The notes: generated by a model not told the origin, from the letters alone. A DNA stretch of 64,000 nucleotides from an uncultured Acidimicrobiaceae bacterium (GCA_963767195.1 CAVYDA010000003.1:254276-318275); one strand, 5' to 3'. Shown: positions 1 to 10,458, numbered from the stretch's first letter. Translations and numbers: made by a program.

Positions 1-1
1 C

Positions 2-826
2 TACGCCGGCGACGGCATCAGCCGGCACCGTCTCGATGTGTACCGCTCGAAATTGAGGCCTGACAACGCCGCACCCGCCCCGGTCATGGTGTACATACAC
101 GGGGGAGCGTGGGTCATCGGCGAAAAGCGCGAACAGGGCAAGCCCATGATGTTCGAATTGGTGGCACGCGGTTGGGTGTGCGTCGCCATCAACTACCGCC
201 TGAGCCCCAAGGCGACGTGGCCCGACCACATCGTCGACGCCAAGCGGGCGGTAGCCTGGGTCAAGGAGCACATCGCCGAGTACGGCGGCGACCCCTCGTT
301 CGTCGCCGTCAGTGGGGGCTCGGCCGGCGGACACCTGTGCGCGCTGCTCGCGCTGAGCGCGGGCGACCCGGAGTACCAGCCCGGGTTCGAGAACGCCGAC
401 ACCTCGGTCCAGGCGTGCGTCCCCTTCTACGGGGTGATGGACATGACGGGCGCTCCGGACGGCTCGGGCCTGTACGGCCCCGGCCTGCTCAAGCTGCTGG
501 AGAAGTCCGTCATGAAGACGACCATGGCCGAGCATCCCGAGGTCTTCCGGTCCGCCTCGCCCACACTGCCGCGTCCGCCCCGACGCACCCCCGTTCTTCG
601 TCCTGCACGGCTCCAACGACACGCTCGTGCCGGTGCCGGTCGCCCGTACCTTCGTGGAGCGACTCCGCGCCGTCTCGCAGGCCCCGGTCGCCTACGCCGA
701 GCTCCCGCTCGCCCAGCATGCCTTCGACGTATTGGCCTCGCTGCGCTGCCAGGCCACCACCTCTGCCGTGGGCGACTTCCTGACCGGGGTCCCGGGTCGC
801 GGCGAGGGATCACCGCCGAAGCCTGA
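2..826 (+). CDS. alpha/beta-hydrolase-fold esterase/lipase, 5'-partial, one apparent frameshift
   Basis: The frame is open to the window edge (YAGDGISRHRLDVYR). ORF 38..826 carries the HGGAW oxyanion motif and a GGSAGG (GxSxG) elbow. The conserved PPFFVLHGSNDTLVPV...AQHAFDV continues in the ORF 627.. frame. Removing one C from the CCC run at 560-562 gives SASPHCRVRPDAPPFF. The 3' end is unresolved. Confidence 0.8.
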   Translation, partial: YAGDGISRHRLDVYRSKLRPDNAAPAPVMVYIHGGAWVIGEKREQGKPMMFELVARGWVCVAINYRLSPKATWPDHIVDAKRAVAWVKEHIAEYGGDPSFVAVSGGSAGGHLCALLALSAGDPEYQPGFENADTSVQACVPFYGVMDMTGAPDGSGLYGPGLLKLLEKSVMKTTMAEHPEVFRSASPTLPRPPRRTPVLRPARLQRHARAGAGRPYLRGATPRRLAGPGRLRRAPARPACLRRIGLAALPGHHLCRGRLPDRGPGSRRGITAEA

Positions 827-830
827 CCCC

Positions 831-3367
831 TCAATTGCCTCCGGCGGCGACCTCGTCGGCGAGCTCCACCTCGACGCCGAGCGCGTCACCCCTCGCGCAC
901 ACCAGTTCGTCCAGCCCCCCGGCGTCCACGAGGTCGCGGCGGGCCGACTCCACCGCGGCGATCAGGTCATCGGGACCGGTGACGGTCAGGCGGGTCACTC
1001 GCGCCCGCATCGACTTCTTGTGCGCGGTCTTCTCGCGGCGCACGGCGCCGAGCACCTCGGCGGCGACGGCGAGCACGGTGTCGTCTCCGCCCGCTGAAGG
1101 TCCAACCTCGGCGAGCTCCGGCCACGCCGCGAGGTGCACCGAACCCTCCTGCCACCAGCTCCACACCTCCTCGGTCACGAACGGGAGGAACGGAGCGAAG
1201 AGACGGTGCAGGATGGAGAGGGCCACGGCGAGCGTCGCCCGCGCCGAGGCCGTGCCGGCGGCCGTCTCGGTCCCGTCGCCGTAGGCCCTCGTCTTGACGA
1301 GCTCGACGTAGTCGTCGCAGAAGGACCAGAAGAAAGTCTCGGTCAGCTCCAGCGCGCGGGCGTAGTCGAAGCCGTCGTGCGCCTCGGTCACCGCCGCGAC
1401 GAGCGCTCCGAGCCGGGCCAACAGGGCGGCATCGATGGGTTCACGCACCGCCTCGATCCCGGGCATCGCGCCCTGCCCGAGACGCCCGAGGGCGAACTTG
1501 GACGCGTTCAGCACCTTGATGGCCAGCCGCCGGCCGATCTTCATGACCCCCTTGTCGACGGCTGTGTCCGTGCCGGGGCGGCCGTTGCAGGCCCAGTAGC
1601 GCACGGCATCGGCGCCGAACTCCTCCACGAGCGGCATCGGCGTGACGACATTTCCCTTGGACTTGGACATCTTCTTCCGGTCCGGGTCGAGGACCCAGCC
1701 GTTGATCGTGGTGTGCTTCCACGGGACGGTGCCGTGCTCTTGGTGCGAGCGCAGCATGGTCGAGAAGAGCCACGTGCGGATGATCTCGTAGCCCTGCGGC
1801 CGCAGGTCCATCGGGAAGGTGGCGGCGAAGCGCTGCGGGTCGTCCTCCCACCCGCAGGCGATCTGCGGGGTGAGCGACGAGGTGGCCCATGTGTCCATGA
1901 TGTCGGGATCGCCCACGAAGCCGCCGGGCGCGCCGCGCTGGTCCTCCCGGTAGCCGTCGGGGACGTCGGTCGTGGGATCGACGGGCAGGCGCGACTCGTC
2001 GGGAACCAGGGGCGAGTCGCGGTCGGCCTTGCCGTCGGGGCCGAGCGGGTACCAGAGGGGCACGGGCACGCCGAAGAAGCGCTGGCGGCTGATCAGCCAG
2101 TCTCCGCTCAGCCCGTTCACCCAGTCCGCGTAGCGCACCTGCATGTAGGGCGGGTGCCAGTCAACTCGTCGCCCCGCGCGACCAGGCGCGTGGCGCAGCT
2201 CCTCGTCCCGCCCGCCGTTGCGGATGAACCACTGCCGGCTGGTGACGATCTCGAGCGGCCGGTCGCCCCGCTCGTAGAACTTGACCGGGTGCGAGATGGG
2301 CCGGGGCTCTCCGATCATGTCGCCCGAGGCGGCCAGCATCTCCACCATGGCCCGCTGCGCCTGCTTGACCGTCTTGCCCGCGATGGCCTGCCAGGCCTCG
2401 CCGTCGGGGACGCCTGGCGGCGGGCTCGCCGCGATGCGCCCGGTGCGCGTCACGATGCTGCGGGTGGGCAGGTCGAGGTCGCGCCACCAGACCACGTCGG
2501 TCACGTCGCCGAAAGTGCAGATCATGGCGATGCCCGAGCCCTTGTCGGGCTCGGCCAGGTGGTGGGCGAGCACGGGGACCTCCACCCCGAAGAGCGGGGT
2601 GCGCACCGTCGTGCCGAACCGGGAGCGGTAGCGCTCGTCGTCGGGGTGGGCGACCAGCGCCACGCACGCGGCCACGAGCTCCGGCCGGGTGGTCTCGATC
2701 TCGATGTCGCCGAAGCGCAACCGGTGGTATGCGCCCGGCTGCTCGCGGTCCTCCATCTCGGCCTGGGCCACCGCGGTCTGGTAGTCGACGTCCCAGAGCG
2801 TGGGTGCCTCCGACGTGTAGGCCTCGCCGCGGGCCAGGTTGCGCAGGAACATGCGCTGGCTCGTGCGGCGGCTGCGGTCGTCGATGGTGGCGTAGCCCAG
2901 GCTCCAGTCGACCGAGAGGCCTAGGCGCCGCCACAGGTCCTCGAAGGCCTGCTCGTCCTGTGCCGTGAGCTCGTGGCACAGGGCGATGAAGTTGGGCCTG
3001 CTGACCCGCACGGCGTCCTTGCCCGGGGAGTCCGGCGGCACGAAGTCCGCCTCGTAGGGGAGAGAGGGGTCGCACGCCACGCCGTAGTAGTTCTGGACCC
3101 GTCGTTCGGTGGGGAGGCCGTTGTCGTCCCACCCCATGGGGTAGAAGAGCTTCCAGCCCCGCATCCGCCGGTAGCGGGCGATGGCGTCGGTCTGGACGTA
3201 CCCGAAGACGGATCCCATGTGGAGCGAGCCCGAAACGGTCGGTGGTGGGGTGTCGATGGAGAACACCTCGGCCCTCGTGGCGGACGGGTCGAACCGGTAC
3301 GTCCCAGCCTGGTCCCACTCGCCGGCCCAGCGGTGCTCGAGCCCGTCGAGGTCGGCTTCTCGGGCAC
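831..3367 (-). CDS. valS: valyl-tRNA synthetase (one apparent frameshift near the N-terminus)
   Basis: The 811-aa ORF carries class I aaRS signatures (SLHMGSVFGY HIGH-type motif, KMSKSKGN) and ValRS-like sequence throughout. The N-terminal VPEKPT (GTG at 3367) and LDGLEHRWAGEWDQAGTYRFD are separated by a 1-nt shift at about 3345. The run reads ACC where ACCC would restore the frame. Confidence 0.9.
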
Positions 3368-3467
3368 ACGTCGGGCGACGACCGACGGGCGAATGCGGAC
3401 GGCCGGGCGCCGGGGGCGGGGCCGAGTTCGGTCAAGCGGCTCGACATGATCGGGTTACCGTACCCGG

Positions 3468-4868
3468 GTGCTGCGTCTTCACGACACCGCGACCGGGACC
3501 GTCCGGCCTTTCGAGCTCCGCCGGGACGGAGAGGTGTCCATGTACGTCTGTGGCCCGACTGTCTACGACCTCCCTCACCTCGGACACGGCCGGCTACTCG
3601 CTCGTCTTCGACGTGCTGCGCCGGTACCTGCTCTTCACGCGGCCTGGCCGTGAACTACGTCTCGAACGTCACCGACGTGGACGACAACATCATCAAGCGG
3701 GCGGCCGAGCAGGGGCGGACCGAGCTGGAGGTGGCCGTCGAGTTCGAGGCGCGCTGGTTGGAGGCGATGGACGCGTTCGGCGTCCTCCGACCCGACGAGA
3801 CGCCGCATGCCACGGCGTACATCGATCGCATGGTCGGCGCTCGTCGGCGAGCTGCTCGGCCGCGGCGTGGCCTACGAGACGGGGGACGGGGTCTATCTCG
3901 ACGTCAGTCAGGTTCCCGGCTACGGGCTCCTGGCTCGCCAGAGCCTCGACTCGCTGCGGTCCGGCGCCCGGGTCGAGGCCACCGAGGAGAAACGCTCTCC
4001 GCTCGACTTCGCGCTCTGGAAGAAGGCCAAGCCGGGAGAGCCGCAGCTGGGAGGCGCCGTGGCACGCCGGACGGCCGGGTTGGCACACCGAGTGCGTCGT
4101 CATGTCGCTGGACCTCCTGGGCGACGGTTTCGACCTCCACGGCGGCGGCCAGGACCTCGCCTTCCCGCACCACGAGAACGAGCGCGCCCAGGCCGTCGCC
4201 GACGGGCGCACGTTTGCCCGGCACTGGGTGCACAACGGCTGGGTCGAGGTGGAGGGCACGAAGATGTCCAAGTCGCTCGGGAACTTCACCTCGCTCACCG
4301 ACATGCTCGAGCGAAGCGACGCACGCGCCTACCGCCTGCTCGTGCTGCGGGCGCACTTCCGCTCCCCAATAGAGGTCACGACGCAGACCGTCGCCGACGC
4401 CGAGAAGGGACTCGATCGCCTCGACACTCTGGCGCGGCGCTTCGGCATCGCGGACCTGCTCGCGGCGAGCGGTCGCGGGTACGTGGTGGAGGCGACCGAC
4501 GCCGGCGACGCCGACGCCGCGGCACTCGCATCGTTCTCGGCGCGGATGGACGACGACCTCGACACTCCGGGTGCGCTGGCGGGCGTCTTCGAGCTGGCGA
4601 GTGCGGCCCACTCCGCGGCCGACGCCGGCAACCAGGACGAGGGTGCCCGCTTGGCTCGGACCGCGGCCGTCCTGGCGGCGGCGCTGGGCGTTCCCCTCCG
4701 GGGAGGGTCCGGCGAGGTGGACGAGGCGGCCAGCCGTCCTCGTCTCCCAACGCGACGAGGCACGCCTGGCCAAGGACTTCGCCCGGGCGGACATCTCTGC
4801 GCGACGAACTCGTGGCGCTGGGCTGGACGGTCGAGGACACGCCGTCGGGCACCGCCATCCGCCGCTGA
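3468..4868 (+). CDS. cysS: cysteinyl-tRNA synthetase, split by six apparent +1 frameshifts
   Basis: MYVCGPTVYDLPHLGHGR, VSNVTDVDDNIIKRA, WHTECVVMS, GGQDLAFPHHENE, KMSKSLGN and the C-terminal LRDELVALGWTVEDTPSGT occur in the correct order. They run through frames 0-1-2-0-1-2-0, with shifts near 3594, 3640, 3836, 4043, 4730 and 4795. Confidence 0.85.
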
Positions 4869-4924
4869 CGGGCACGGCCATCCGCCGCTGACGGGCACGG
4901 CTTCCGTCGCTGACCGGCGAGGTC
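4856..4924. repeat. 23-bp tandem repeat (two perfect copies plus a degenerate third) duplicating the cysS 3' end
   Basis: ccatccgccgctgacgggcacgg occurs at 4856-4878 and again at 4879-4901, followed by the degenerate copy cttccgtcgctgaccggcgaggt. The first copy contains the cysS TGA stop. Confidence 0.85.
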
Positions 4925-5087
4925 GGCTGCAAAGCGTCGATGGGAGGGCCGGGCACGAGGGGGGCGAGGGTCGGCCCGGCGCGAACGGGCTGAATGGCCG
5001 GAGTAGGGCTGGGGGCCTGGGGCGGGAACCGGCGAGGAGCGTCATCGTCCCTGGTCGGCGGCCGATTCGCGGTCTGCTACCGCTCAG

Positions 5088-5107
5088 TAGGTTACTGCAG
5101 AGTAACC
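5088..5107. promoter_or_regulatory. perfect 20-bp palindrome, candidate operator upstream of the acyl-CoA dehydrogenase gene
   Basis: aggttactgcagagtaacct is its own reverse complement. It is more AT-rich than its surroundings and lies about 110 bp upstream of the ATG at 5218. Confidence 0.35.
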
Positions 5108-5217
5108 TGGAGTGGACGAGGGACGCACGGTCTCTCGAAACCGATCGCCAGCGGTCGAACCCATCGCCGGCGGGCGTTGCCGGCATGGTGCCGGGAGGTC
5201 GTTGAAGGAGGCCCAGC

Positions 5218-6433
5218 ATGTCCGATTTCTCGCTCGAGCTGAACGAGGACCAGCTGCAGATTCAGAAGTGGGTCCACGAGTTCGCCGAGAACGTGGTACG
5301 GCCGGCGGGCCACGAGTGGGACGAGCGTGAGGAGACGCCGTGGCCCATTATTGAGGAGGCGGCGAAGATCGGGCTGTACTCCTTCGACTTCATCGCCCAG
5401 ACGCTTCTCGGACCCGACCGGCCTGATGATGTGCCTCGTCAACGAGGAGATGAGCTGGGGCGACGCCGGGATCGCGCTGGCCATCTTCGGCTCGACGCTC
5501 GCCGTCGCCGGCATCTTCGCCAACGGGACGCCCGAACAGATCGGCGAGTGGATCCCGCAGTGCTTCGGGACGGCCGACGACGTCAAGCTCGCCGCGTTCG
5601 GCGTGTCCGAGCCCGACGCCGGGTCGGACGTCTCCTCGCTCAAGTCGCGTGCCGTCTACGACGAGGCCAAGGACGAATGGGTCCTCAACGGCACCAAGAC
5701 GTGGATCACCAACGGCGGCATCGCCAACACCCACGTCCTCGTGCTCTCGGTCGACCCCTCGCTCGGCAGCCGCGGACAGGCCAGCTTCGTGGTGCCCGAA
5801 GGCACGCCAGGGATCGCGCAGGGGCAGAAGTTCAAGAAGATGGGCATCCGCGCCTCCCACACGGCCGAGGTCGTTCTGAGCGACTGCCGGGTGCCGGGCC
5901 GCTGCCTGCTCGGAGGCAAGGAGAAGCTCGACGAGCGTCTGGCCCGGGCCCGCGAGGGCAAGAAGACCTCGACGCAGGCCGCCATGGCGACCTTCGAAGC
6001 CTCGCGCCCGATCGTCGGTGCGCAGGCGGTCGGGATCGCCCGGGCCGCCTACGAGTACACGCTCGACTACGCCAAGGAGCGGAGGCAGTTCGGCCGGGCC
6101 ATCATCGAGAACCAGTCCATCGCGTTCAAGCTGGCCGACATGAAGATGCACACCGACGCGGCCCGCCTCCTCGTGCACCGTGCGGCGAACATGGCGGCGA
6201 CCGGGAAGAAGTTCGAGAACGGCGAGGGCTCCATGTCGAAGCTCTACGCCGGGGAGAACGCCGTGTGGGTGACCGAGCAGGCCATTCAGATCCTCGGCGG
6301 CTACGGGTACGTGCGTGAGAACCCGGTCGAGCAGTGGCACCGGGACTCGAAGATCTACACCATCTTCGAGGGGACCTCCGAGATCCAACGACTGGTGATC
6401 TCCCGGGCCATCTCGGGGATCCACATCAACTGA
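5218..6433 (+). CDS. acyl-CoA dehydrogenase (one apparent frameshift near 5405)
   Basis: The N-terminal part (MSDFSLELNEDQLQIQKWVHEFAENVVRP) lies in ORF 5218... The rest lies in ORF 5327..6433 (AFGVSEPDAGSDVSSLKS, GTKTWITNGG, QILGGYGYVRENPVEQWHRDSKIYTIFEGTSEIQRLVISRAI). Confidence 0.9.
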
Positions 6434-6766
6434 CCTCTCCCGAACGCACTCCACATTCGACCGTGTAGCGGCGGCCCCGCAGCGGCAATCAGCCGTTCTC
6501 GGCCGAGCGCCGCCCCACGGGCGCCGTGAGGGTAGAGACATCAGGGCGTGAGCGTTGAGACCGAAAGCGTGATCGTAGGGCCATGCCCTGCAACATGTGT
6601 CGAGCGTGATCCTTGAGACATGAGAGCGGGAGACCGCGGCCTTGAGCACCCGGCCCGCGCAGGCCGGCCTGACGTGCCCACGGGACTGGCGCGCGCGGCA
6701 GCGGGCTGGGAAACAGCCACCGGTTCAGCGCCGGGGCACGCGCAGCCGGGCCGGTCAGACAGGAGG

Positions 6767-6799
6767 CTGACCCCGGCCCCTTGCGAGGGCCGGGGTCAG
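6767..6799. terminator. 13-bp-stem GC hairpin between convergent genes
   Basis: ctgaccccggccc / cttgcga / gggccggggtcag is a perfect stem. On the + strand it is followed by cttgagaatcttc, a weak U tract. It sits between the acyl-CoA dehydrogenase gene (+) and the hydrolase gene (-). Confidence 0.45.
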
Positions 6800-6997
6800 C
6801 TTGAGAATCTTCGCAGGCCGTCAGGACGATCCCGGTGGCCCGGTAATCGGAGCCCGGCCCTGAGGATCATGACCGTCAGCGTCACGGCTCTTCTGCGAAG
6901 CCGTGGTGGGCGTCGCCATGGTGCGCCGCGTGAGTGCGAGGCTGCCCGGAGCGGGCGCTACGGAGCTCCACGCTCGACGCGACCAACGACTACGAGA

Positions 6998-9160
6998 TCA
7001 TGGTCGAGACCTTCGACCCGGTCGGGAGTGCTCCGGGGGACCGTAGGTTGCGGCGGGGTCGTTGCCATGGCTGCGCGCGGACCGTTCGCGGAAGAGGCTA
7101 AGGGCGATCAGGGCGAGGTTGCCTGCTGCGGCAGCTCCGATCGTGGTGGTGACGATCGCGAACAGCCCGGATGTCGCGGTGAACCCGAGCCACCCTCCGA
7201 GCAGGGCGCCGGCGGTTGCAGCCAGGAGCCCGAGTGACTTGGTGCCACGGTCCCAGTCGCGGTGGGTCCAGGCCAGGTAGAGGCCCAGCGCGATCGGCAC
7301 GCTGACGGCGAGAATCCCGAGCAGTTCGCTGGTCAGGGACAGCGCGGGCCAGAGCGTCAGGACGACTAGGGCTGCTCCGAGCCAGCCGCCGAGCCCGAGC
7401 ACGAGCGGGACGATGGTGCGGGTCGCGAAGCTGGTCTTGGGCCCTGCGGCACCGTGCTTGCGTACCCGGCGCGCTACCCAGAGCAGCCACAGGGCAGCCA
7501 GAGCGGCGAAGCCGATCATTGCCGCAAGGATGTCCTTGGCAATCGCTGTCTGCGCGTCTGAGTGGGCGATGTGGCGAAGCTGACCACGTTCGGGGTGTAG
7601 CGGGACGTGTCGACCCGGCCGGTGTCGTAGAACGTGGTCAGCAGCTGCGTGCCGGCTCTCGGCTCGTAGTACCAGAAGTCGTCCACGTGCCCGAGCCCGG
7701 ACAGGATGACCTGATGCCCGTTGGGAAGGTGCGGCAGCAGCTCCTTCGTGGCGTTCTGGGCCGGCGTTGCGAAGTCGAGCGTCCCGCCGATGAGCAGCGT
7801 CGGGACGTTCGAGTTCTGCACGCTGGTGTACTGGTTCTCGCCCGGGTTGGCCGGCCAGGCGTGCACGAGGCCTCCTGCCCCATACAAGAACTCCGTCGAA
7901 GGGATTGCCGATGATCGAGCCCCCGCCAGCGCCGGAGCTGAAGTAGCGCTCGGCGGGCTGCGCGTCGGCCATCCCGATGCTTGCAAACTCGCCCCAGACG
8001 AACGACTGGGGAAGGGTGAGATCGGCCATCAGCGATAGCAGCCACAAGCCGCTCGGGTCGCCCTGCGCGGCGGAGATCCACGAGTCGAGGGTCATCGGCC
8101 CGGACAGTGGCGAATCCACCGAGGTCGCCTCCTGGAGCCCGAGGAGCGTCGCGACCAGGACGTTGCCCGGCTTGATCGGCAGGAAGTACCACCGGCTCGG
8201 CATGTCTGCCGCCGTGTGCTGCATGCTCGCGGCGAGGTTGCCGGTGCGGGCGCGGCAGGCAGGCTGCTGCGCGCACAGCGCCGAGTAACGCTCGATACCC
8301 TGATCGATCTCGGCTCCGCTGTACAGGAAGTTCCCGGGCGGGTTGACCCCGATCATCACCGAGCGGTCGACACTGTTCGGGTACCGCCACGCGTAGATCA
8401 TCGCGAGACGGGTCCCGGCGCTCTCGCTGAGCAGGTCGATGCGCTTGTAGCCGAGCGCGACGCGAGCGGCTTCGATGTCGTCGGCCTGCTCCGCCAGCGT
8501 GTAGCCGGCGAGGTCAACGCCGCTTCGCTCAAGCCGCTGCGCGCACGAGGCGAAGGCCTGGGAGTACGCGCTCAGCGACGCTTTGCCGAGGTAGTCAGCG
8601 GAGTTCTCCAGCGCCGCCGTCACCTCGGGACAGTTCAGCACCGAAGAGCCGTCGACGCCGCGGTAGCCGACCATGACGACATCGTGCTGGGCGGCCAGGC
8701 GGTTCGCTTGGGGAAACGTCATGTTGGTCGTGCCCGGGCCGCCGTTGAGATGGAAGATTGGCGCCAGCGGGTGGGATGAGCGAGCCAGGATCCGGGTCAC
8801 CGGCAGCGCGATCAGGCGCGACCGGGGGTTTGCCCGGTCCTCGGGCACGACAAGCGTTCCGCAGTCGGCGCGGTAGCCGCCGTTCTCGGTGGAATAGGTG
8901 CACGGGTGCATGGTCAACTGGCCGGCGTGCGCCCCCTGCGGGACCGAGACCGTTTCCGGGCTGGACGAGACTCCCAGGTAGGTAAGTCCCGTCAATAGGA
9001 CGATGGTCACCATCAGGGCAACGATTCGTGTCCAGGTGAACGCCTTTGGTCTTTGGGCCTGCGGTACTGGTTGGTCGACTGCCACGGTCTTGCCGTAGCG
9101 CTTGGTCGGGTGGTTCTTCTCGATCATTGTTCTTCCTTTCGTCGACCCTCGTTGTGCCAT
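6998..9160 (-). CDS. secreted/membrane-anchored alpha/beta hydrolase (S33-like) with C-terminal polytopic membrane domain; at least 2 apparent frameshifts
   Basis: N-terminal TM segment, HLNGGPGTT oxyanion region, LLSESAGTRLA nucleophile elbow and NVPTLLIGGTLDFATP...GLGHVDD (in ORF 7516..7986). These are followed by about five hydrophobic helices back in the first frame. Shifts lie near 7890 (extra G) and 7545-7575. The start may be the ATG at 9127. Confidence 0.75.
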   Translation of the reverse strand: MAQRGSTKGRTMIEKNHPTKRYGKTVAVDQPVPQAQRPKAFTWTRIVALMVTIVLLTGLTYLGVSSSPETVSVPQGAHAGQLTMHPCTYSTENGGYRADCGTLVVPEDRANPRSRLIALPVTRILARSSHPLAPIFHLNGGPGTTNMTFPQANRLAAQHDVVMVGYRGVDGSSVLNCPEVTAALENSADYLGKASLSAYSQAFASCAQRLERSGVDLAGYTLAEQADDIEAARVALGYKRIDLLSESAGTRLAMIYAWRYPNSVDRSVMIGVNPPGNFLYSGAEIDQGIERYSALCAQQPACRARTGNLAASMQHTAADMPSRWYFLPIKPGNVLVATLLGLQEATSVDSPLSGPMTLDSWISAAQGDPSGLWLLSLMADLTLPQSFVWGEFASIGMADAQPAERYFSSGAGGGSIIGNPFDGVLVWGRRPRARLAGQPGREPVHQRAELERPDAAHRRDARLRNAGPERHEGAAAAPSQRASGHPVRARARGRLLVLRAESRHAAADHVLRHRPGRHVPLHPERGQLRHIAHSDAQTAIAKDILAAMIGFAALAALWLLWVARRVRKHGAAGPKTSFATRTIVPLVLGLGGWLGAALVVLTLWPALSLTSELLGILAVSVPIALGLYLAWTHRDWDRGTKSLGLLAATAGALLGGWLGFTATSGLFAIVTTTIGAAAAGNLALIALSLFRERSARSHGNDPAATYGPPEHSRPGRRSRP

Positions 9161-9290
9161 ATGGCGAACCTAAGGTGCGATCGCGAGATCGGCATCGTCG
9201 GGAGGCTGTGTTGCGGCTCCTACCATCCGACGATTTCGACTCCTACTTAGGTAGGAGGCGGGAACGGAGGGGGCGGAGTACGTTCAGCGC

Positions 9291-10458
9291 GTGAGCCGAA
9301 TCGGACATTTCGCCCGCACGTACTGGTTCGACCTGCTGATCGCGCTGCTGGCGATCGTGGCGATCCTTGAGGTGGTGCTCGGACCGCGGCTCGTCCGGAG
9401 CTCCGACAACGACGCTGTGGTTCTGCCTTCCCGCGCTTGCAATCCTGGTGCTGCCCGTGTTCGCGCGGCGATGGTTTCCGTTTGCCGGACCGGCGGCGTA
9501 CTGGCTTTTGGCCGCGGGAATCTCGTTCGTCGACCCGCTGCTGATCCCGTACCCCGAGTCCCTCTTCCTGATCGGACTGGCGACCGCATTCCTGCTCGGG
9601 AACCTTCGCGACCTCCGGCGGGCCGGCCTCGGACTGGCGATCGTGGTCGGCGCTGCGGCGACCCTCGTCTACAACATCCCCGGACACTCGGTCGACCAGC
9701 TCGTCTTCATTCCCGTCGACTTCGCCGTCGCCTGGGTTGCAGGCCTTGCCGTCCGCGCGGGGGCCGAGCAGGCCGAGGTGGCGGAGTCACATGCGACCCA
9801 GGCCGAGCAGGAGCGGGATGCAGCGACGCGCGTCGCCGTGGCCGAGGAGCGGGCGCGGATCGCGCGCGAGCTGCACGACATCGTCGCGCACGCTGTCAGC
9901 GTGATGGTGCTGCAAGTCGGCGCTGTCAGGCACCAGCTCCCCGACGCGATGGCCGAGGATCGCGATGCCCTCAGGAGTGTCGAGCAGGCCGGGCGCGGTG
10001 CGCTGGCGGAGATGCGCCGTCTGCTCAGTGTCATGCGCCGTGAGGGCGATGGCGTCGAGCTCGCACCTCAGCCCGGCCTCGACGGCCTCGACTCGTTGAT
10101 CAAGGAGATCGGCCGCGCCGGGCTCCCCGTCGAGCTGCACCTCGACGGGGAGCGTGTCCCGCTCCCGCCAGGGATCGACCTCTCCGCGTATCGGATCGTG
10201 CAGGAGGGTCTTACCAACGCGCTCAAGCACGCCCGCGCCAGCCACGCGGAGGTCACCGTCCGGTATGCGCCGCACGAGGTCGGGATCGAAGTGCGCGACG
10301 ACGGCACCGGCGCGACGCCGAGCGACGGCTACGGCCACGGACTGATCGGCATCCGCGAGCGCGTCAGACTCTACGGCGGCGAGATGACCGCTGGCACGAC
10401 CAACGGCGGCGGGTTCACGCTCAGCACCCGCCTCCCACTCACCCCAGACCGGCCATGA
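9291..10458 (+). CDS. two-component sensor histidine kinase, HisKA_3/NarL-partner type (one apparent frameshift near 9415)
   Basis: GTG start with membrane helices, the H-box ERARIARELHDIVAHAVSVM, and HATPase motifs (QEGLTNALKHA, DDGTG, GHGLIGIRERV). The gene overlaps the response regulator start. Confidence 0.85.

Noticed and set aside
1134-2924. Very long ORFs antisense to motif-bearing genes: 1134..2924 (+, 596 aa), 34315..35931 (-, 538 aa), 39209..40744 (-, 511 aa), 47959..50145 (-, 728 aa), 54689..56695 (-, 668 aa) and many others in the ORF track.
   Set aside because: They are Arg/Gly/Pro/Ala-rich with no recognisable motifs. The opposite strand encodes proteins with clear family signatures (ValRS, MFS, GT4, surface protein, CcmF). 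High GC content suppresses stop codons in all frames, so ORF length alone carries no weight here.
3468-4868. cysS, and by extension the other broken genes, as genuine pseudogenes.
   Set aside because: Every segment between breaks retains conserved motifs in the correct order with no internal stops or substitution decay. The gene is essential, and the breaks I could pin down sit in homopolymer runs. Assembly indels are the simpler explanation. This remains unproven without reads.
6850-6948. 32-codon minus-strand ORF (MATPTTASQKSRDADGHDPQGRAPITGPPGSS) that ends just before the strong hairpin.
   Set aside because: It has no Shine-Dalgarno sequence and low-complexity composition, and there is no way to distinguish it from chance in GC-rich DNA. 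It is mentioned only within the spacer finding.
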